63,045 nucleotides of DNA, filler included, from Olpidium bornovanus S191 (GCA_017911155.1; 28 parts of 28 records of this genome joined end to end with filler, not necessarily neighbours in it); one strand, 5' to 3'. Shown: positions 44,744 to 57,957, numbered from the whole stretch's first letter. A program made the numbers and translations. The notes: a model not told the origin generated them from the sequence alone.

Positions 44744-46518
44744 CATGGTCGCCGCCGTTGTAGTCGCGGAGGCGGCACCTAACACGTCGGTATACGATGC
44801 TGCTGCGGCTGAAGCCGGACAAGGACGTTGGGGCGGGGCGGAAGACGCGAGCGCAAATCCGGCCTGGCCCTTCTTCTTTCTTCGCCTCCTGCGGGACGTC
44901 CGCGAGGCCGCTGTGGACGCCGACGAAGTCGCCTTCCTCGACGTGATAGTGGTAGCTGTAATGGCTGCCGCGACCACGCTGGAAAACGAGGTCGGGAAGG
45001 CCGCCAACCCCGGTCCCACCGCCTCTGCCCCCGCCTCCGCTTCTGCGCTCTCGTTCGGGAACCTAAGCGGCGAAATATTTATTCCTGGGAGTGGCGACGG
45101 TGGCTGGTCGTTCCAAACGCCGAGCCATTGCCCCCTATATTCGTTCTCGCACTTTGCGGGCCGCTGCTGCGGCGTTTCGCCGCCTATGCTATGGTGGTGC
45201 GGCAAGAAAGTGTCGGAGGCGGACGCCGACCACAGTAAGGAGGAATTCAGTCCAGCCGGCCCACTCCCCGTTGGTGTGCCAAGCGTCGACCACGTCCCAC
45301 TGCCGCAGGGCTGGTGTCGGTGGTAGGGCGTCTGCTGCTGCAGGAGCATTCCGGTGTACAAAGTGGACGCGGAAGAGGCGGACGATGTCGTCGACGAGGT
45401 CGACGTCCGTTTGTGATGCTGGGATGCCGTTGAGTGGTGATGCGGGTGGTTAGGCTGGTCTACAGGCCGCTTTCCAGCCGCCGGTCCCAGTCTGCCAACG
45501 GCGCTCCTCCCGGCTGCGCTCATCGTCTGAGACGATGTTAAAAGTAAGGTCCCGCCGTCTACTGAGAACGGGAACGGCTCGTCGAATGTCGCGGGCGCGT
45601 CCGGACCGCCGAGAGAAAAACATAGGTTGTACCGTGAGGATGACGACGTCGCTGACACAGACGACAAATTACCAAAGTTCGGACGACCACCAAACGCACC
45701 GCTTTTGCATTCCGCGCTGCCTCCGGCCAGGGCGGACGCCGGCAGGGCCACGGATGACGGTAGCTGAGCGGTGATGTGGAGAGAATGTGGCTGCTGTTGG
45801 AGCTTTGCAGCTCCTTCAGCGATCAGTCGCTCCACAGTCGCGAGCTCCTCGCGGATACGCGCAACCTCTTCGGCGGTTTCCCGCGCTCGCGTCCGAGCCT
45901 CCTCAGCCGCGGCAGCCGCGCGGGCCTCCCGATTGGCGAGGTCCTGGGTCGTTTTTTGTGCTTCTCGCCGCACTCGCGCAAGATCTTTCTCCTTCTTGCA
46001 CGCCTGCTCCTGCAGCTCCTCGCACAGCCTTGATGCGTCCTCTGCTCGCGCTTCGACCGCTTCCGCCTCCCGCGCCGCCCGCTCGAGTTCCTTTCGGAGC
46101 TGGTCCACCTCGCCCTCGAGCTGCCGGGAGTGCTCCTCCACCGACTGGAGGCGCTGCCGTGCGCGGTTACCGGAGGCGGCACACTTAGCAACAGATCTGC
46201 GGAGGGTCTCCAGTTCTTTTCGCAGCTGCTGCTCCGACTTCGCCACGTTCTTCTTAAGCCACCGGTGCTCAGCCTGCACCGCCTTCTTCGCCTCTTGCAT
46301 ATGTATCAACTCCTCGGACAGAGCCATCAGCCGCTCGCCTCTCTTCACTTCTTTCCTGGACAGCGAGGAGGCGGCGGCGTGCGCTAACGAAGTTGCACCC
46401 GCCGACGTGCCAGTCGAATCAATCGTTGGCTCACCATCGGTCGGACCCGACACGGGCCCGTTGCGAGGATCATCGTCATCCGCATGTTCTCCCGCCTTCC
46501 CTACAGACGTGTGTATTC
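44744..46518 (-). CDS. Hypothetical coiled-coil protein with a Ser/Thr/His-rich low-complexity tail; partial
   Basis: The frame is open to the contig's left end and encodes a ~200-aa heptad-rich segment (LSEELIHMQEAKK..ELATVERLIAEG). No family recognised. Confidence 0.65.
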
Positions 46519-46731
46519 NNNNNNNNNNNNNNNNNNNNNNNNNNNNNNNNNNNNNNNNNNNNTTAATTAATTAANNNNNNNNNNNNNNNNNNNNNNNNNN
46601 NNNNNNNNNNNNNNNNNNCCCCCAAAGCGTCAGTCAGTCAGCCTTTTCGAGCAGCGGGAATGAACGAACACCTTCCCCCCCCCGGGCTGGGCCAAAAAAA
46701 ACAAAAACCAAAAAAAAAATTACACGCTCAC

Positions 46732-47442
46732 CAGCATCAATGCGGGAAACAGGCTCTCCATCGTCAGCACGAACCGGTCAAGCTCGCTCGCGACGTTCGT
46801 GGCCGCCTGCGCGTCGGACTGAAAGTAGTACGTCGCCGCTCGCATGATGCCGACGACGCACAGGGACGCCATGCGGATCTCGCTGCTCGCCAGCAGGCTC
46901 CGGCGCACGGCGCTGGACTTGATGACCCGCGACTCGAGGCTCAGCTTGTGGATCAGGAACCAGGCGTTCGCGCACTCCATCCAGGCGATCGACAGGAAGT
47001 AGGCCATGTGCAGGTAGTTGACAATGTGCTGCACGTCGCGGCCGGCGAGGGTCTGCTGGCGGAACGCAAGGATCCCCGTGCGCGCCATGACGGCCAGCGC
47101 GCAGAAGGAGAAGAAGACGGCCTGGTAGACCTGCCGCTTCCGGCCCAGGAGGATGCTCGACAGGATCTGGTAGCTGTAGAACGAGAGCCCGGCCTCCTGG
47201 ACGAGCCACGCCGCGTCGGCCGCCGCCGCCGCCACGCGCCGGCCGTCCTCCGGGTACGGCGCGTAGTACGCGTAGTAGCAGAGCCCGTTGGCGACGGCGC
47301 ACGCGCAGGACACGACGAGCGGGACCGCGAGCATCTTGTTCCAGCCGAAGACGGCCATCATCCACACGGTGGTGAACGCGCAGAAGATGCCGATCGTGCT
47401 CAGTATTGCCCAGCACGTTTCGTAGTAGACTTCGGCGGCCAT
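46732..47442 (-). CDS. Multi-pass (about 6-7 TM) integral membrane protein of unknown function; first exon
   Basis: MAAEVYYETCWAILSTIGIFCAF..ADAAWLVQEAGLSFYSYQIL..YLHMAYFLSIAWMEC..SEIRMASLCVVGIMRAATYYFQSDAQAATNVASELDRFVLTMESLFPALML|GTGAGC donor. Regularly spaced hydrophobic helices. Confidence 0.85.
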
Positions 47443-47822
47443 GTCGCAGGTCGCCCGTGGGGGCGGGGTTCGCGACTGCGTTGGGGGAAGGGGAGGGGAT
47501 TGCGGCGCGGACGAGCAAAAGGTTAGCGGCAAACAACGCCCGCGGGAACCGACGGCGGGGACGTTCTGCGCGATTCCGCACACCTTTTCGGCAGAGAGAG
47601 AGGCGTGAAATCCGAAGCGCGCACGGCCTGCTGATGCGAGCGGCGCTTTCGCGGAAGGGGGAGGGGTGCGTCCGTCCGCGGCGGTTCTCCTCCTCCTGCT
47701 TCTTCCTCCTCCGGTGCGGCGACACGCCGAGAGCGGCAAGCGGGGGGGGGGGAGGGGGGGGGGGTTCTCTCTCTCTCCCGGGCCCCCTCACCGCCGCCGC
47801 CCTCGCATCCCCTCCTCTCCCG

Positions 47823-47832
47823 GTCACGTGAC
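47823..47832. promoter_or_regulatory. Palindromic E-box GTCACGTGAC upstream of the membrane-protein gene
   Basis: Perfect 10-bp palindrome about 380 bp 5' of ATG 47442. Function is inferred from known bHLH consensus sites (Cbf1 RTCACGTG; CLEAR). Confidence 0.35.
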
Positions 47833-48915
47833 AGACCTGCGCAGGAATCGCGAAAGGGAGAAACCCAGGTTTCTCTCCCTTTTTTTTTCTTTTTTTCTTT
47901 TTTCTTTTCTTTCTTTTTCTTTTTTTTTTTTTGTTTCTTAGGATTTCTACAAACATTTTCCAGGTGTAAAAATTCATGAGCAAAGGGAAAATAAAAAACA
48001 NNNNNNNNNNNNNNNNNNNNNNNNNNNNNNNNNNNNNNNNNNNNTTAATTAATTAANNNNNNNNNNNNNNNNNNNNNNNNNNNNNNNNNNNNNNNNNNNN
48101 TTTTTTTTTTGCGCGAAGGTTTTTTTTTTTTTTCGAAGGTGGCCGTCGTCGTCGGGGGAAACCCGCCTCCGTTGACGTCGGGCTCGCGCCCTTGAGAACA
48201 CGCGCCGCGCTTGGGCCACACGGCGGCGCGGCGCGGCCGGGCCCTCCCCGGGGTCCCGGCCCGATCGGTGGTGTCCCCGCGGCCGCCCGCGAAATTTCGT
48301 TTTTTTTTTTTTTCCTTTTTTTTTTTTTTTTCCCGAGAGAGCCGTCGGCCAAAAAAAAACCGGCAAGAAGAAGTTCTGAGATCCTCGGACAGGCCCTTGG
48401 GGAGCGACCGTGAAAATTCCTTTGACCACCGAGAACAACCGTGATCAAACATCGTTCGACGTCAGCGAGCCGAGATATGGCCAACAGAGAAATTCCTCGC
48501 CGTAGCCTGATTCCGCAGAAGCGTGTCGTCATTGAGCCGATCCACGCGTCCTTTTGATTTTCGGCCGTGACACCAGTTCATCCTCAACGCCGATGCTCTC
48601 AAGTTCGGCATCCGCCATCTGCACCTTTTCAAACGGCTAAGATATAAATTCACGACAGGGCGCGTCGTCGTAACGCAGTCGGAACCCGAGAGATATGTAG
48701 ATACTCTTGCAAATGGACTGCAAATTTTTCTTTCCTTCTTTTTCCGGGAGAATGACGGGAATGGGGGAGGCGGGAGAAACTGGTCCAGCCTTGACGAACC
48801 CTGATTGAAACGACACTTCGGCGCTCACGCCGTAATCCTGCTCACGTTGGTTAAAAGCAGGTGTATAAGCCACCACAGACCAGGGGTGCGTCTCAAAGCA
48901 GATCTGGAACACAGC

Positions 48916-50024
48916 TCACGCTTCGGGGTGTTTTCGACGATAGCTTGGTGGACGAACAGGATGAATATAGAAGTCGGCGAAACCCCAAATTACTGTCGGT
49001 CTCACCAAGCGTCCCTGCTAATTCTGCCCGTGTCTTTCTCTCCCTCTCTAAAACAAAAAATTCCCTTCTTCTCCCCAGACCGGACGATCAAGTATTACTT
49101 ACTCCCAAATTCTGTAGAGCTGGGCGAGTCCCGTCGCGCCCACAAACAAGTTGACGCTCATGAGGCTGTAGTTGATGGGGACGATCTGGGTTGAATAGCG
49201 CGACCAAATAATACCCGTGGCAGCCAGGGCTGTGGGTCCGGGAACACGGACACGGAGTGAAGCGTTAGAATAGGTTTCCACGATCAGAAAACCGACGGGT
49301 GGCGCCGCAGCGCACCGATGTTCTGGCCGACCGACAGCTTCTCCGCAGGCCGTTGCAAATCTCCAATGCCGGCGATAACGAGGGCCTGCAAGTCAAGGGC
49401 GCGGGAAGGGGGGGGGGGGGGGGGGCGGGGCGGGCCCGGGCGGGGCGTGAGTGAGACGGGGGGGAAGTGGTAAACAAACGCGCTTCTTATCCGTCGAGAT
49501 GGCCAACTCGGCCCGTCCCGCCACATTGCGCCGCGCCCGCGCGAGCGCGTACACGCAAGGTGGTCGCTGCTGGACGCCTAACGGCCCGTGCCGCACCGGC
49601 ACGTCCCGACGCCCGTTCCCATCTGATGCGCGGGATTTGCGACGCGACTGACCCATTTCATAGCCGGGGCCCAGAAGTGGATCGTCCTCGGACCTGCCGG
49701 TCAAAGAAGCAAGAGTAACAGGTAAGGTAAGGCGCAGCGAGCGGCGGCCCGCCCTGGCCCCTGGAGGCCATAGGGGCGTTCCGCTATAGGCCACAACTGC
49801 CACTTGTCTCGACGTTAGCGCGCGGGGGTCCCCCGGTTCCTCCGATCTCGACGGCGGAGCGCTCGTGCTCGCGGGCACCGTCTTCCGTTTCCGCCGCATC
49901 ACACCCCCCGAAAGGCCCGGCGAGCGGTTTTCCGCGCTCTCTTTCTCTCTCTCTCGCTCCCCTCACCGGCCGGATGGTCCAGGAATCGCCGAAACGCCGA
50001 GCTGGATGAGGAAGCTGACGCCAT
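48916..50024 (-). CDS. MPC2: Mitochondrial pyruvate carrier 2; complete, five exons
   Basis: MASASSSSSAFRRFLDHPA|GPRTIHFWAPAMKW|ALVIAGIGDLQRPAEKLSVGQNI|ALAATGIIWSRYSTQIVPINYSLMSVNLFVGATGLAQLYRIW|DYRRKHPEA*. Confidence 0.95.
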
Positions 50025-52389
50025 CGTCTCGTTTTCGGTGTGGCGGGGAGATGTGGGGGTGGTCGGGGGGCGGCGGGGGCGGACGACTCTGTCTGAAGAA
50101 GAAGGTGGGGGGGGAGGGGCGATGTGGGGGGCGGAGGGGGGGGAACGCCACACGTTTGTAGCGGATGACTTTTGAGTTTCCACTTGACATCCCTGGTCTG
50201 AGTGGCACGCAGCCGAACAATGCGCCAAAAAAAAAAAAAAAAAAAAAAAAAAANNNNNNNNNNNNNNNNNNNNNNNNNNNNNNNNNNNNNNNNNNNNTTA
50301 ATTAATTAANNNNNNNNNNNNNNNNNNNNNNNNNNNNNNNNNNNNNNNNNNNNAAGCATGAAAAACCAATGGTCAGTTTGGCTTTGTATACACTGGTCAT
50401 AATGCAAATCAAATGTCGACTACTTAATACATAAACACAAGTACACTGCGCATAATTGATATCGCCGTATCGCAGAATTGAAATTATGCTTATTGCAGGG
50501 CACGCTATATTAAATCCAGATATAACCGTACCAGAGGCCAACTATCAGAGACCGCGGAGCCTCAGGAGTGCTGCATACTTAACCTTGCCTGGGCGACGCG
50601 GGAAATCCATGCATGCAAAGAATAACCCCTGTCCCGTCGACATGCAGGGGGTAGCTGCGTGAATTGGCATTGCTGCCACTTCGCCTAGGGTCTACAAAAA
50701 AAAGAAAGGGACGCATGATTATTTACATGATAACATCGGATTGAAAAGGTGTTGGATCAGGATCTTCCTGAAGTGCAAGATCTCCCGACCACGACAGCAC
50801 TGCGGGGAACAACGCGGCGTTCGACGGGCCGGCATGTCACTTCCACCATCGGAGCGACCGGCGGGCCGGTGTCGAGCGCGGCAGACCGTCGCCGTTATTT
50901 TTAGTTGCGCTGCAAACACGAACTCGTCGCCGCGTCCTTCTGACGGCACGCGGGCGCCGCCGGACATAGGGAAAGGAGAACGGGGGGAGGGCAGGGTATT
51001 AAAACTATTTATTTCGATTGCCCGCGCAAATCGCACCATTGAACGCGCCGGGTCTCGGTCAAATATTCCCTGACCTACATTCGGCGTCCCGCCCGGAAAC
51101 CTCGACCCGGGGGGGAGGGGGAGGAAGGGGGGGGGGGGGGGAGCGGGGAGCAAGTGCCGTCAAAATTAGCAGGCGGCGCGCGCGCCCGGCGCCCTCAAAA
51201 ATAGCAAACGGCGCACGCGCCCGTTTTTCGCCGGCTTCCAAGGCCCGGCGGAGATTGGGCCGGGGTGGGGGGGGGGGGGGGGGAAAGGCGGCAGCGGGGG
51301 CGGTGCTGCAGGAGGCCGGCGAGATTTGGGCGAGGGGGAGGGGGGGGGGGTTAATCAGGCAGTTGGCGGGTTAAAATGGCGCTGGGGACCAAAACGGGCA
51401 GGCGTGCGCCCGGCCATGATATCAATTCCCACCCGGCCGAAACTCCTTCGATTGAGGAGCNNNNNNNNNNNNNNNNNNNNNNNNNNNNNNNNNNNNNNNN
51501 NNNNTTAATTAATTAANNNNNNNNNNNNNNNNNNNNNNNNNNNNNNNNNNNNNNNNNNNNCATGTAATATGCCGGCAAAACTTCGAATTCGGAACTCAAG
51601 TTTTATTCTCGTGTGGTGTTCGGGTTTCGTTGTTTTTACGCGTACTCTATGTTACAGGAAAGTGGGCGGGTCGGACGTAGCCGGCAGCGCAGACTCCTGC
51701 GGGGAACCATCCCTCCTATCTTCTTCCCCCCTGTAAATCCCGCACGCTGACGCCACACAAAACAAACCGAAAAGCCTGTAGAAACTCTACGGCGTTCCGA
51801 ACCGCGCGGTGTCGTCTCCGTCCTCCCATCCTTGGTCCCTCCATTGTGCGCCCGTCTTCCTTTATCTCCTTTGGTTCCACGTCCGTCGTTCACCCCACCG
51901 CCTCTGGGAGTTTTCGCAGTTTGGCAACGGACCACACACGCACACGCATACGTCGCGCCATCCTCCTCGTCCGACTTCTCCGTCCCCGCGCAAGCCTGGG
52001 GGACCTCATGTTCGTTTTCTTTTTTCTCATTTCTTTTTTGCGCAACGGAACCGGCCTCCCGCACCTTTGATAATGTGATACAGCTGGATCGCGATCAAGA
52101 AGATCAGCAGGAAGTCCGACCAGGCCTCGCTGCTGCCGAAAAAAGCGCTGCCGAGCGGGGGGCACGACGGCCAGCAAAATCGGCCAGCCGTGCTTGTAGG
52201 ACAAAAGCCGGCCCCCGCGCCCGCCCGCCGCCGCGGAACCGCCGCCGCGGTGGCGGCTTCTGTTCCCCTCGCACGCGCCCGCCCGGGATGATGACCCGCC
52301 CGCCGGCTTCCTTGTTCCGCGTTCCATTAGGATAGCGGGTCTGGGTAAGGTAGTTGGCCCTGTAAATATAACAGATTTGATTCGTTGCC

Positions 52390-52760
52390 CTGTTATTCAC
52401 GCCATGGATCCCGAAAGGCATCTAGTTTGGGGGCCAAATGGAGAAGGTCCGGCGCCAGTGGCTGTGGAATGCTGGATGGCACCTGCGCCCTCGGAATTGC
52501 TGCTGCGAACCTTGATGTCTGAGGTGGCCAAAGAAGTTTCAAGAAGAGGGAGGTCGGCCGCCCGAGAACAGGGGTCCCGACTGGCGCTTTGGTGACGCCG
52601 CCCCGCCATCGAACCGCAAAAGCGCGCCAAGAAAGAGGATCCCAAGTGCTACAATTGCGGGGAAAAGGGGCATATGGCTTGAAAATACCCCGCCCCCGCA
52701 AGAAACAAGGGGCAAAAGAAAGAAAAGAAAAGAAAAGCCTGGCGGCAGCAATAAGCCTAA
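52390..52760 (+). mobile_element. Degenerate LTR-retrotransposon gag fragment with a broken CCHC zinc knuckle
   Basis: 52647-52691 reads CYNCGEKGHMA*KYP, a CX2CX4HX4C pattern with a TGA stop and the last Cys replaced by Tyr. Surrounding frames are shifted. Confidence 0.6.
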
Positions 52761-52956
52761 GGCAGAATCGAGTTTGCACGTCACCTGCGCCACGAGAGCC
52801 GCAACGATGACGATGACCCGGCTGCCGCACGCTTTAGAAATGACGAACGCCATGCCNNNNNNNNNNNNNNNNNNNNNNNNNNNNNNNNNNNNNNNNNNNN
52901 TTAATTAATTAANNNNNNNNNNNNNNNNNNNNNNNNNNNNNNNNNNNNNNNNNNNN

Positions 52957-55639
52957 CTTATACGATGGGCTTGTCGGAGACATGCGGGGGCTGGTTGGAG
53001 AATACTTCGGGCTTGACGGGGACATCACGGGGCTCGTCGGCGAGTACGAGGGGCTTGTGGGCGAATACGATGGACTCGTCGGTGAATAGGATGGGCTTGT
53101 TGGAGAATATGATGGACTTGTGGGTGAATACGACGGACTCGTCGGGGAAAAGCCGGGGCTGGTCGGGGAATAACTCGGGCTCGTTGGTGAATACGATGGA
53201 CTTGCCGGGGAATATGACGGGCTTGTCGGCGAAGCGGCACCCGGACTGCGGGAGGTTACACAAAGATAACGAACGGTTAGCTTTGGGCGGTCACTCGCTA
53301 CTCGAGTTAAATTCTCAGGTATTTTGCTAACCTGAAAGGGCTGTATCGCGGGCTTGCCGGCGAATATCCCTTTCCTCTTGCACTATATGACCAAAATGAT
53401 GGGGTCAGTACGTGTAAAACCTCGGACATAATCAACGCTCGTTGTCCTGTTGGACAAAACTATCTGAGTCCTTACCCGGCATAGCTGGGACTAGCAGGGG
53501 AGAACGCCGGAGAAAGTGGGCTGTACGACGGGCTTGTCGGCGCATATCCTTTTGAGAAACCGGGGCTTCCCGGGTACACGTCGCCGTAGGCTCCCGAATT
53601 CCAGTGCGGAGTGACTGGGGATACCTCGGGCATGGGTGAGAACATGATGTCCGGCATCCCGCTGCCAGAGTACACCATGTCTGCCGCGCCGCTGTGGTAT
53701 GACGGCCGCACGGGGCTGAGGTTGCCCGCGCGGGCCGGGGTGTAGGCGCCGGTGACGTCAACGCCGTTAGGAAGCATGAACGGCTGTCTCATCGGTCGAT
53801 CCGGCAGCATCCGCAGCATTTCGTCGTCGAGCACGACGTCGAATTCGCCCGTGCCCAGCGGGGCGAGCTGGCCCAGCATGATATTCTGCGAGACGCCCTT
53901 GCAGGTGTCCGCCTCTCCCACGCTCGCCGCCTCCATCAGGATCTCCACCGTTTCCTCGAATGAGCACCTCATCAGCGCGCCGGTGGCTGCCCGGTTGATG
54001 CCGTGACGAGTGATGGCCATGAAGTTGCCCTTGGACGTCATAACGTCGCAGAGCAAAGCCAAATGACGGTAGTTTACGTACGAACCGTCGAATTCGATCA
54101 CACTGCGCAGTTCTCGGAGGGTCGATGCACGAGCCGCCTCGATACCCAGCGTTTCAAAAATCTCAAGTGTGCTGTTGGTCGTTGTCCGTCGGAAGTCCAC
54201 ACCGTCGATGGGTAGCACCTCTTTGAGATTGCTGCCGTCGGTTTCCAGAATGTACTCGTCGCGGGCGGTAAACTCTCCAGACGGCTCCACAAAGGTCTTC
54301 TTCTTTTGGATGATAAACACCCTAGTGATACCCGGTATTCCAGTGAGGTGAATGTTGGCAAGCATGTTCCTCTCCATGCGCCGCAGGAAGTCGTCCTCTG
54401 ATACACCCTGGCCATTCTCGTCGTCCATCAACTTCTGCTCATCCTGGACAATGCGGCATCGGAGGACGAGATGGTTCGAGTTGTCATCGTCGCAGATGGT
54501 ATTGAGGTCGTTCTCAAACTCCTCGTGGATCCGCCGTGCGACGTAACTCAAGCGCAGCGCCTTGTCCAGCATGGCCCCGCGGTCGAGTTCGATACGGAGG
54601 ACCCAGGGGCCAACGCGCGCACGCGTCGCCTCTACTTCTTCGCCGAGACCGTAGAACGCTTCCACCATGTTCCGATCCGCCTCGACAACGGTTTCGTCAA
54701 TGACAGGATCATACCAGATCTCGGTGTACTTGGTCACATTCCGCAATGTCGCGTGCTCCAGCAAAGTCTGCCCCTTCTTCGCCATGTCCATGGAGAAAGC
54801 GTAGTCGTCCGCGAGCCAAACGGTTAGAGTCGGCGTCTTGATGTTCTTGGCACAATTGATGACTTCCTTCAACCGCGGCACACCGAGCGTGACGTTCTTG
54901 GAGGAAACACCAGCGTAGTGGAAGGTGTTGAGCGTCATCTGTGTTGACGGCTCTCCTATACTCTGCGCCGCCAGCGGCCCGACCATTTCGCCGGGGGCGA
55001 CGAGAGAAGTATTAAACCGCGCTTCCACCTCGCCCAAAATCCACTCGAACGCCTGCGCCGAGAGCCGGTAATCTTCGATGACCCTCCTGCTCGCAAACGT
55101 CTGGCGGAGCAACATCTGGAAGAGGAGCGTCGCGTTTGCCTGTGCTTGCTCGGATATCTTATCGCTACCGCGTACGACCATCAGCCGCTCCGACAGCTTC
55201 TTGACGCCCTCGACGACCTGAGCCGGGTGGATGTCCGACGGCTCCCGCCCGCTCAGGTGGAAGATCTGCTTCGCGTTCCAGATCAGCCGCCGCAAGTTAC
55301 ACGGCAGCGGCCATTTGTCTTCGCCGGAAACGAAGATGAAATCGGAAAGCAGTCTCTTGTCCTCCTTCAGCTGCTCAAACTCCGCATCAAGCACCTTCTG
55401 CGCCTGGTCGGACTTCGAGAGCTGTTCCAGCAGCTCCGGACGCAATGACCCCGACCGGAACGTTTTCTTCCGGTCCTTGAGATTCACGCAGTAGTGCTGT
55501 TCAAAGCGGGCGTTTGACATTCGCAGGCCTTCCAGCTGTTGTCGCTCAACGAAAGCGCCGTCCAAGCCGTCCTCACCGTACGAAAATTGGATGACCTCGT
55601 TCATAGAGTTTCGGACGGTGCCGTCATATTTAACCATGA
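52957..55639 (-). CDS. RPB1: RNA polymerase II largest subunit, C-terminal half including CTD heptads; partial, spliced
   Basis: [97 protein letters not shown]. Exons 55639-53476, 53382-53332 and 53245-52957; the last has tandem YSPTSPS-type heptads. Confidence 0.99.
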
Positions 55640-55811
55640 NNNNNNNNNNNNNNNNNNNNNNNNNNNNNNNNNNNNNNNNNNNNTTAATTAATTAANNNNN
55701 NNNNNNNNNNNNNNNNNNNNNNNNNNNNNNNNNNNNNNNAAAAAAAAAAAAAAAAAAAAAAAAAAAACGGAAAAAAAGAATTGAACGTCCCTCGGTCTCC
55801 CCCTTTGGCTA

Positions 55812-56820
55812 TCAGGAGGCGACGGACCAGGGCTCACCTGTGGCGTGTGACTCGGCGGCACGCGACAACGGCAAGCACCCTTGCTGGACCGGTACGGCGG
55901 CCGGCCGGCCCGGCGGTGGACCGGCCTCGACGGCTCCCGCTGCGGTCGCAACCCGCCCGGTTCCCGGCCGAATCTGAAGGTACTGCTCGCGCGGGGGGGC
56001 GGTGACGGGCGGCGGCGCGGATGATCCGGCGCTCGCCGGCGGGGTCACCGGCGAAACCGACGGCTTGGGCCCCGGGACCGCGCCGCCGGTCGCCGGGGCG
56101 GCCGGTTCGCCATCCCCGACCGCGCCGCCCGCGCTCGGCGGCGAGCCGGCGGCGGGATGGGCGAGCTTGCTCTCCGCGGCCGGGCCGACGGGTTTCGGCG
56201 CGGCCGCGGCCGGAGGTTGCGCCGGCTCGGCCGTCGGGACTCCGCCGCCGCCGCCGCCGTCGTCGTCGACGGGCGGCGGCGGCGTCGCGGCCGTCCGCGG
56301 CGCCGGGGGCCCGCCCGTTCGCGCGTCCGGCGGCGGGGCCGCGTGGCCGTTCGGCCCCCCGCCGCCGGCTTCCGGCGCGGCGGCCGCCGCCGCCCGCGCG
56401 AGCGCGCCGGCCTCCAGTTCGTCCACCCTCTTTTTCAGAGCCGCCATGCGCGCCTGCGCCTCGGCGACCTCCGCGTTCTCGATGTTTCGCGCCAGGCGGA
56501 GGTACATGTTCGCCGCCTCGGGGTGGACCAGCCGCTAAAAACGACGGCGCGGAGCGAATTCTCAGAAAACGGGGGGCCACCCCTCCGGCGCGGGGGTGGA
56601 AGGGAGGGAGAGTAACGGCTTTTTCCCCGCGATCTTTTTTTTTTTTTTGTTTTTTAAAAAAGGCGCGCGGGGGGAAGGGGGGGGGAGGGACAACAACCTT
56701 GGGACGGACCCACAAACCTCGTCGTTTTCCCGTATCAGCTTCCGAAACCGCGTCTCCAGAGCCTTGAACGACTCAAAGGTCCGCTTTGCCTGCGAAGCGA
56801 CTGGAATACGCGAGGCGAAA
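55812..56820 (-). CDS. Hypothetical protein (short coiled coil followed by a Pro/Ala-rich region); partial, spliced
   Basis: Exon 'ASQAKRTFESFKALETRFRKLIRENDE|' joins 'RLVHPEAANMYLRLARNIENAEVAEAQARMAALKKRVDELEAG..'. No family recognised. Confidence 0.55.
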
Positions 56821-56835
56821 GACGGGGGAGGAGGA

Positions 56836-56878
<43 letters not shown>

Positions 56879-56979
56879 NNNNNNNNNNNNNNNNNNNNNN
56901 NNNNNNNNNNNNNNNNNNNNNNTTAATTAATTAANNNNNNNNNNNNNNNNNNNNNNNNNNNNNNNNNNNNNNNNNNNNC

Positions 56980-57020
<41 letters not shown>

Positions 57021-57920
57021 CCTTTTGCTTTCTCACGGGCGTGATCCGCAACCCTCCCCATTTTTCGGGGGTGCGGTGCCGCTCGCGGATGTGAATAAAT
57101 ATTTATGCAACAGCCGGCCGCGGGAAGTCTGGGAGAATTCGTTTTTTTTTTGGGAATGTCTCCTTCCGCTTTTCTAAACCCCGCGGCACGCTGGTAAGCG
57201 CATTTTGGATCAATTGATTACCCGGACCGGAATTGATTCGCGAGCCTCGTTCAGGGTGACTTGCGCCACATTGCCGGAAAAACGGTTTAATGGACGCGCA
57301 GGTGCTTTCTTTTCGCTAGGTGACATAAAGGAAAAAAGAAAAAAAAAAAAAGAATTTCCCCCGCCGTCGTCCCGTCATTCGACGCGCGCGCCGTTTCTAC
57401 GCGCGGCCACGAGAGTGTCTTGTTCGACGGGGGGGAGGGAGGAGAAAAGTTCACCAAACTGTTCCACACAAAAACCTCCGCCCCCAACTAACCTCCTTTT
57501 GACAGAAAGAGGGGGGGGGGAAGGGGTTAGAAAATAAAGGGGGAGCGCCAGCTACGAACACACTGCACCCACCGTCCCTTGTTGCCCCTTTGTAAAGACC
57601 ATAGCCGCCGCCATATAAGATAGGGCTAGACAGAACTAGTAAACAAACGCCCCGAACACAGAATACAGTTCTCCTTCCTTTTCGCCGTTCTTTCAGACTC
57701 GCGGCGCATCTTCGCCTACTTCTACGGCTCCGCTTCAACAGAAAGGGAGGGGAGGGGGGGGGGGGGGACCAAAAAACGGCGGCTCCTTTCTCTCCCGCCC
57801 GCCCACCCGTTCCCCGAGTGGAAAGGGAGCGATGATATATTCGCGCGCGAGTAGTAAATTTTCCGGCGGGTCGCGTGTCTCGCCCGCCTGCGCGCCCTCG
57901 ATGGATTTTATTTTGATTCT

Positions 57921-57957
<37 letters not shown>

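Noticed and set aside
50575-50690. U1 snRNA-like sequence starting ATACTTAACCTTG with several hairpins
   Set aside because: It is the reverse complement of a 5' splice site (CAAG|GTTAAGTAT) of a minus-strand exon that also has a T-rich TAG acceptor. No U1-70K loop, U1A loop or Sm site is recognisable. The exon's protein could not be identified.
52083-52195. Kinase subdomain II-like 'WIAIKKISRK' exon
   Set aside because: Only one short motif; there is no Gly-rich loop upstream and no catalytic motifs downstream.
52957-52963. Nextera adapter remnant (CTTATAC) at the contig start
   Set aside because: Only a 7-nt match, in the wrong position for read-through, and largely explained by the CTD codons TCG TAT.
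56838-56878. Terminal G or C runs as telomeres
   Set aside because: They are pure homopolymers with no TTAGGG-type unit, and the same runs occur inside introns. Contigs simply break at them.
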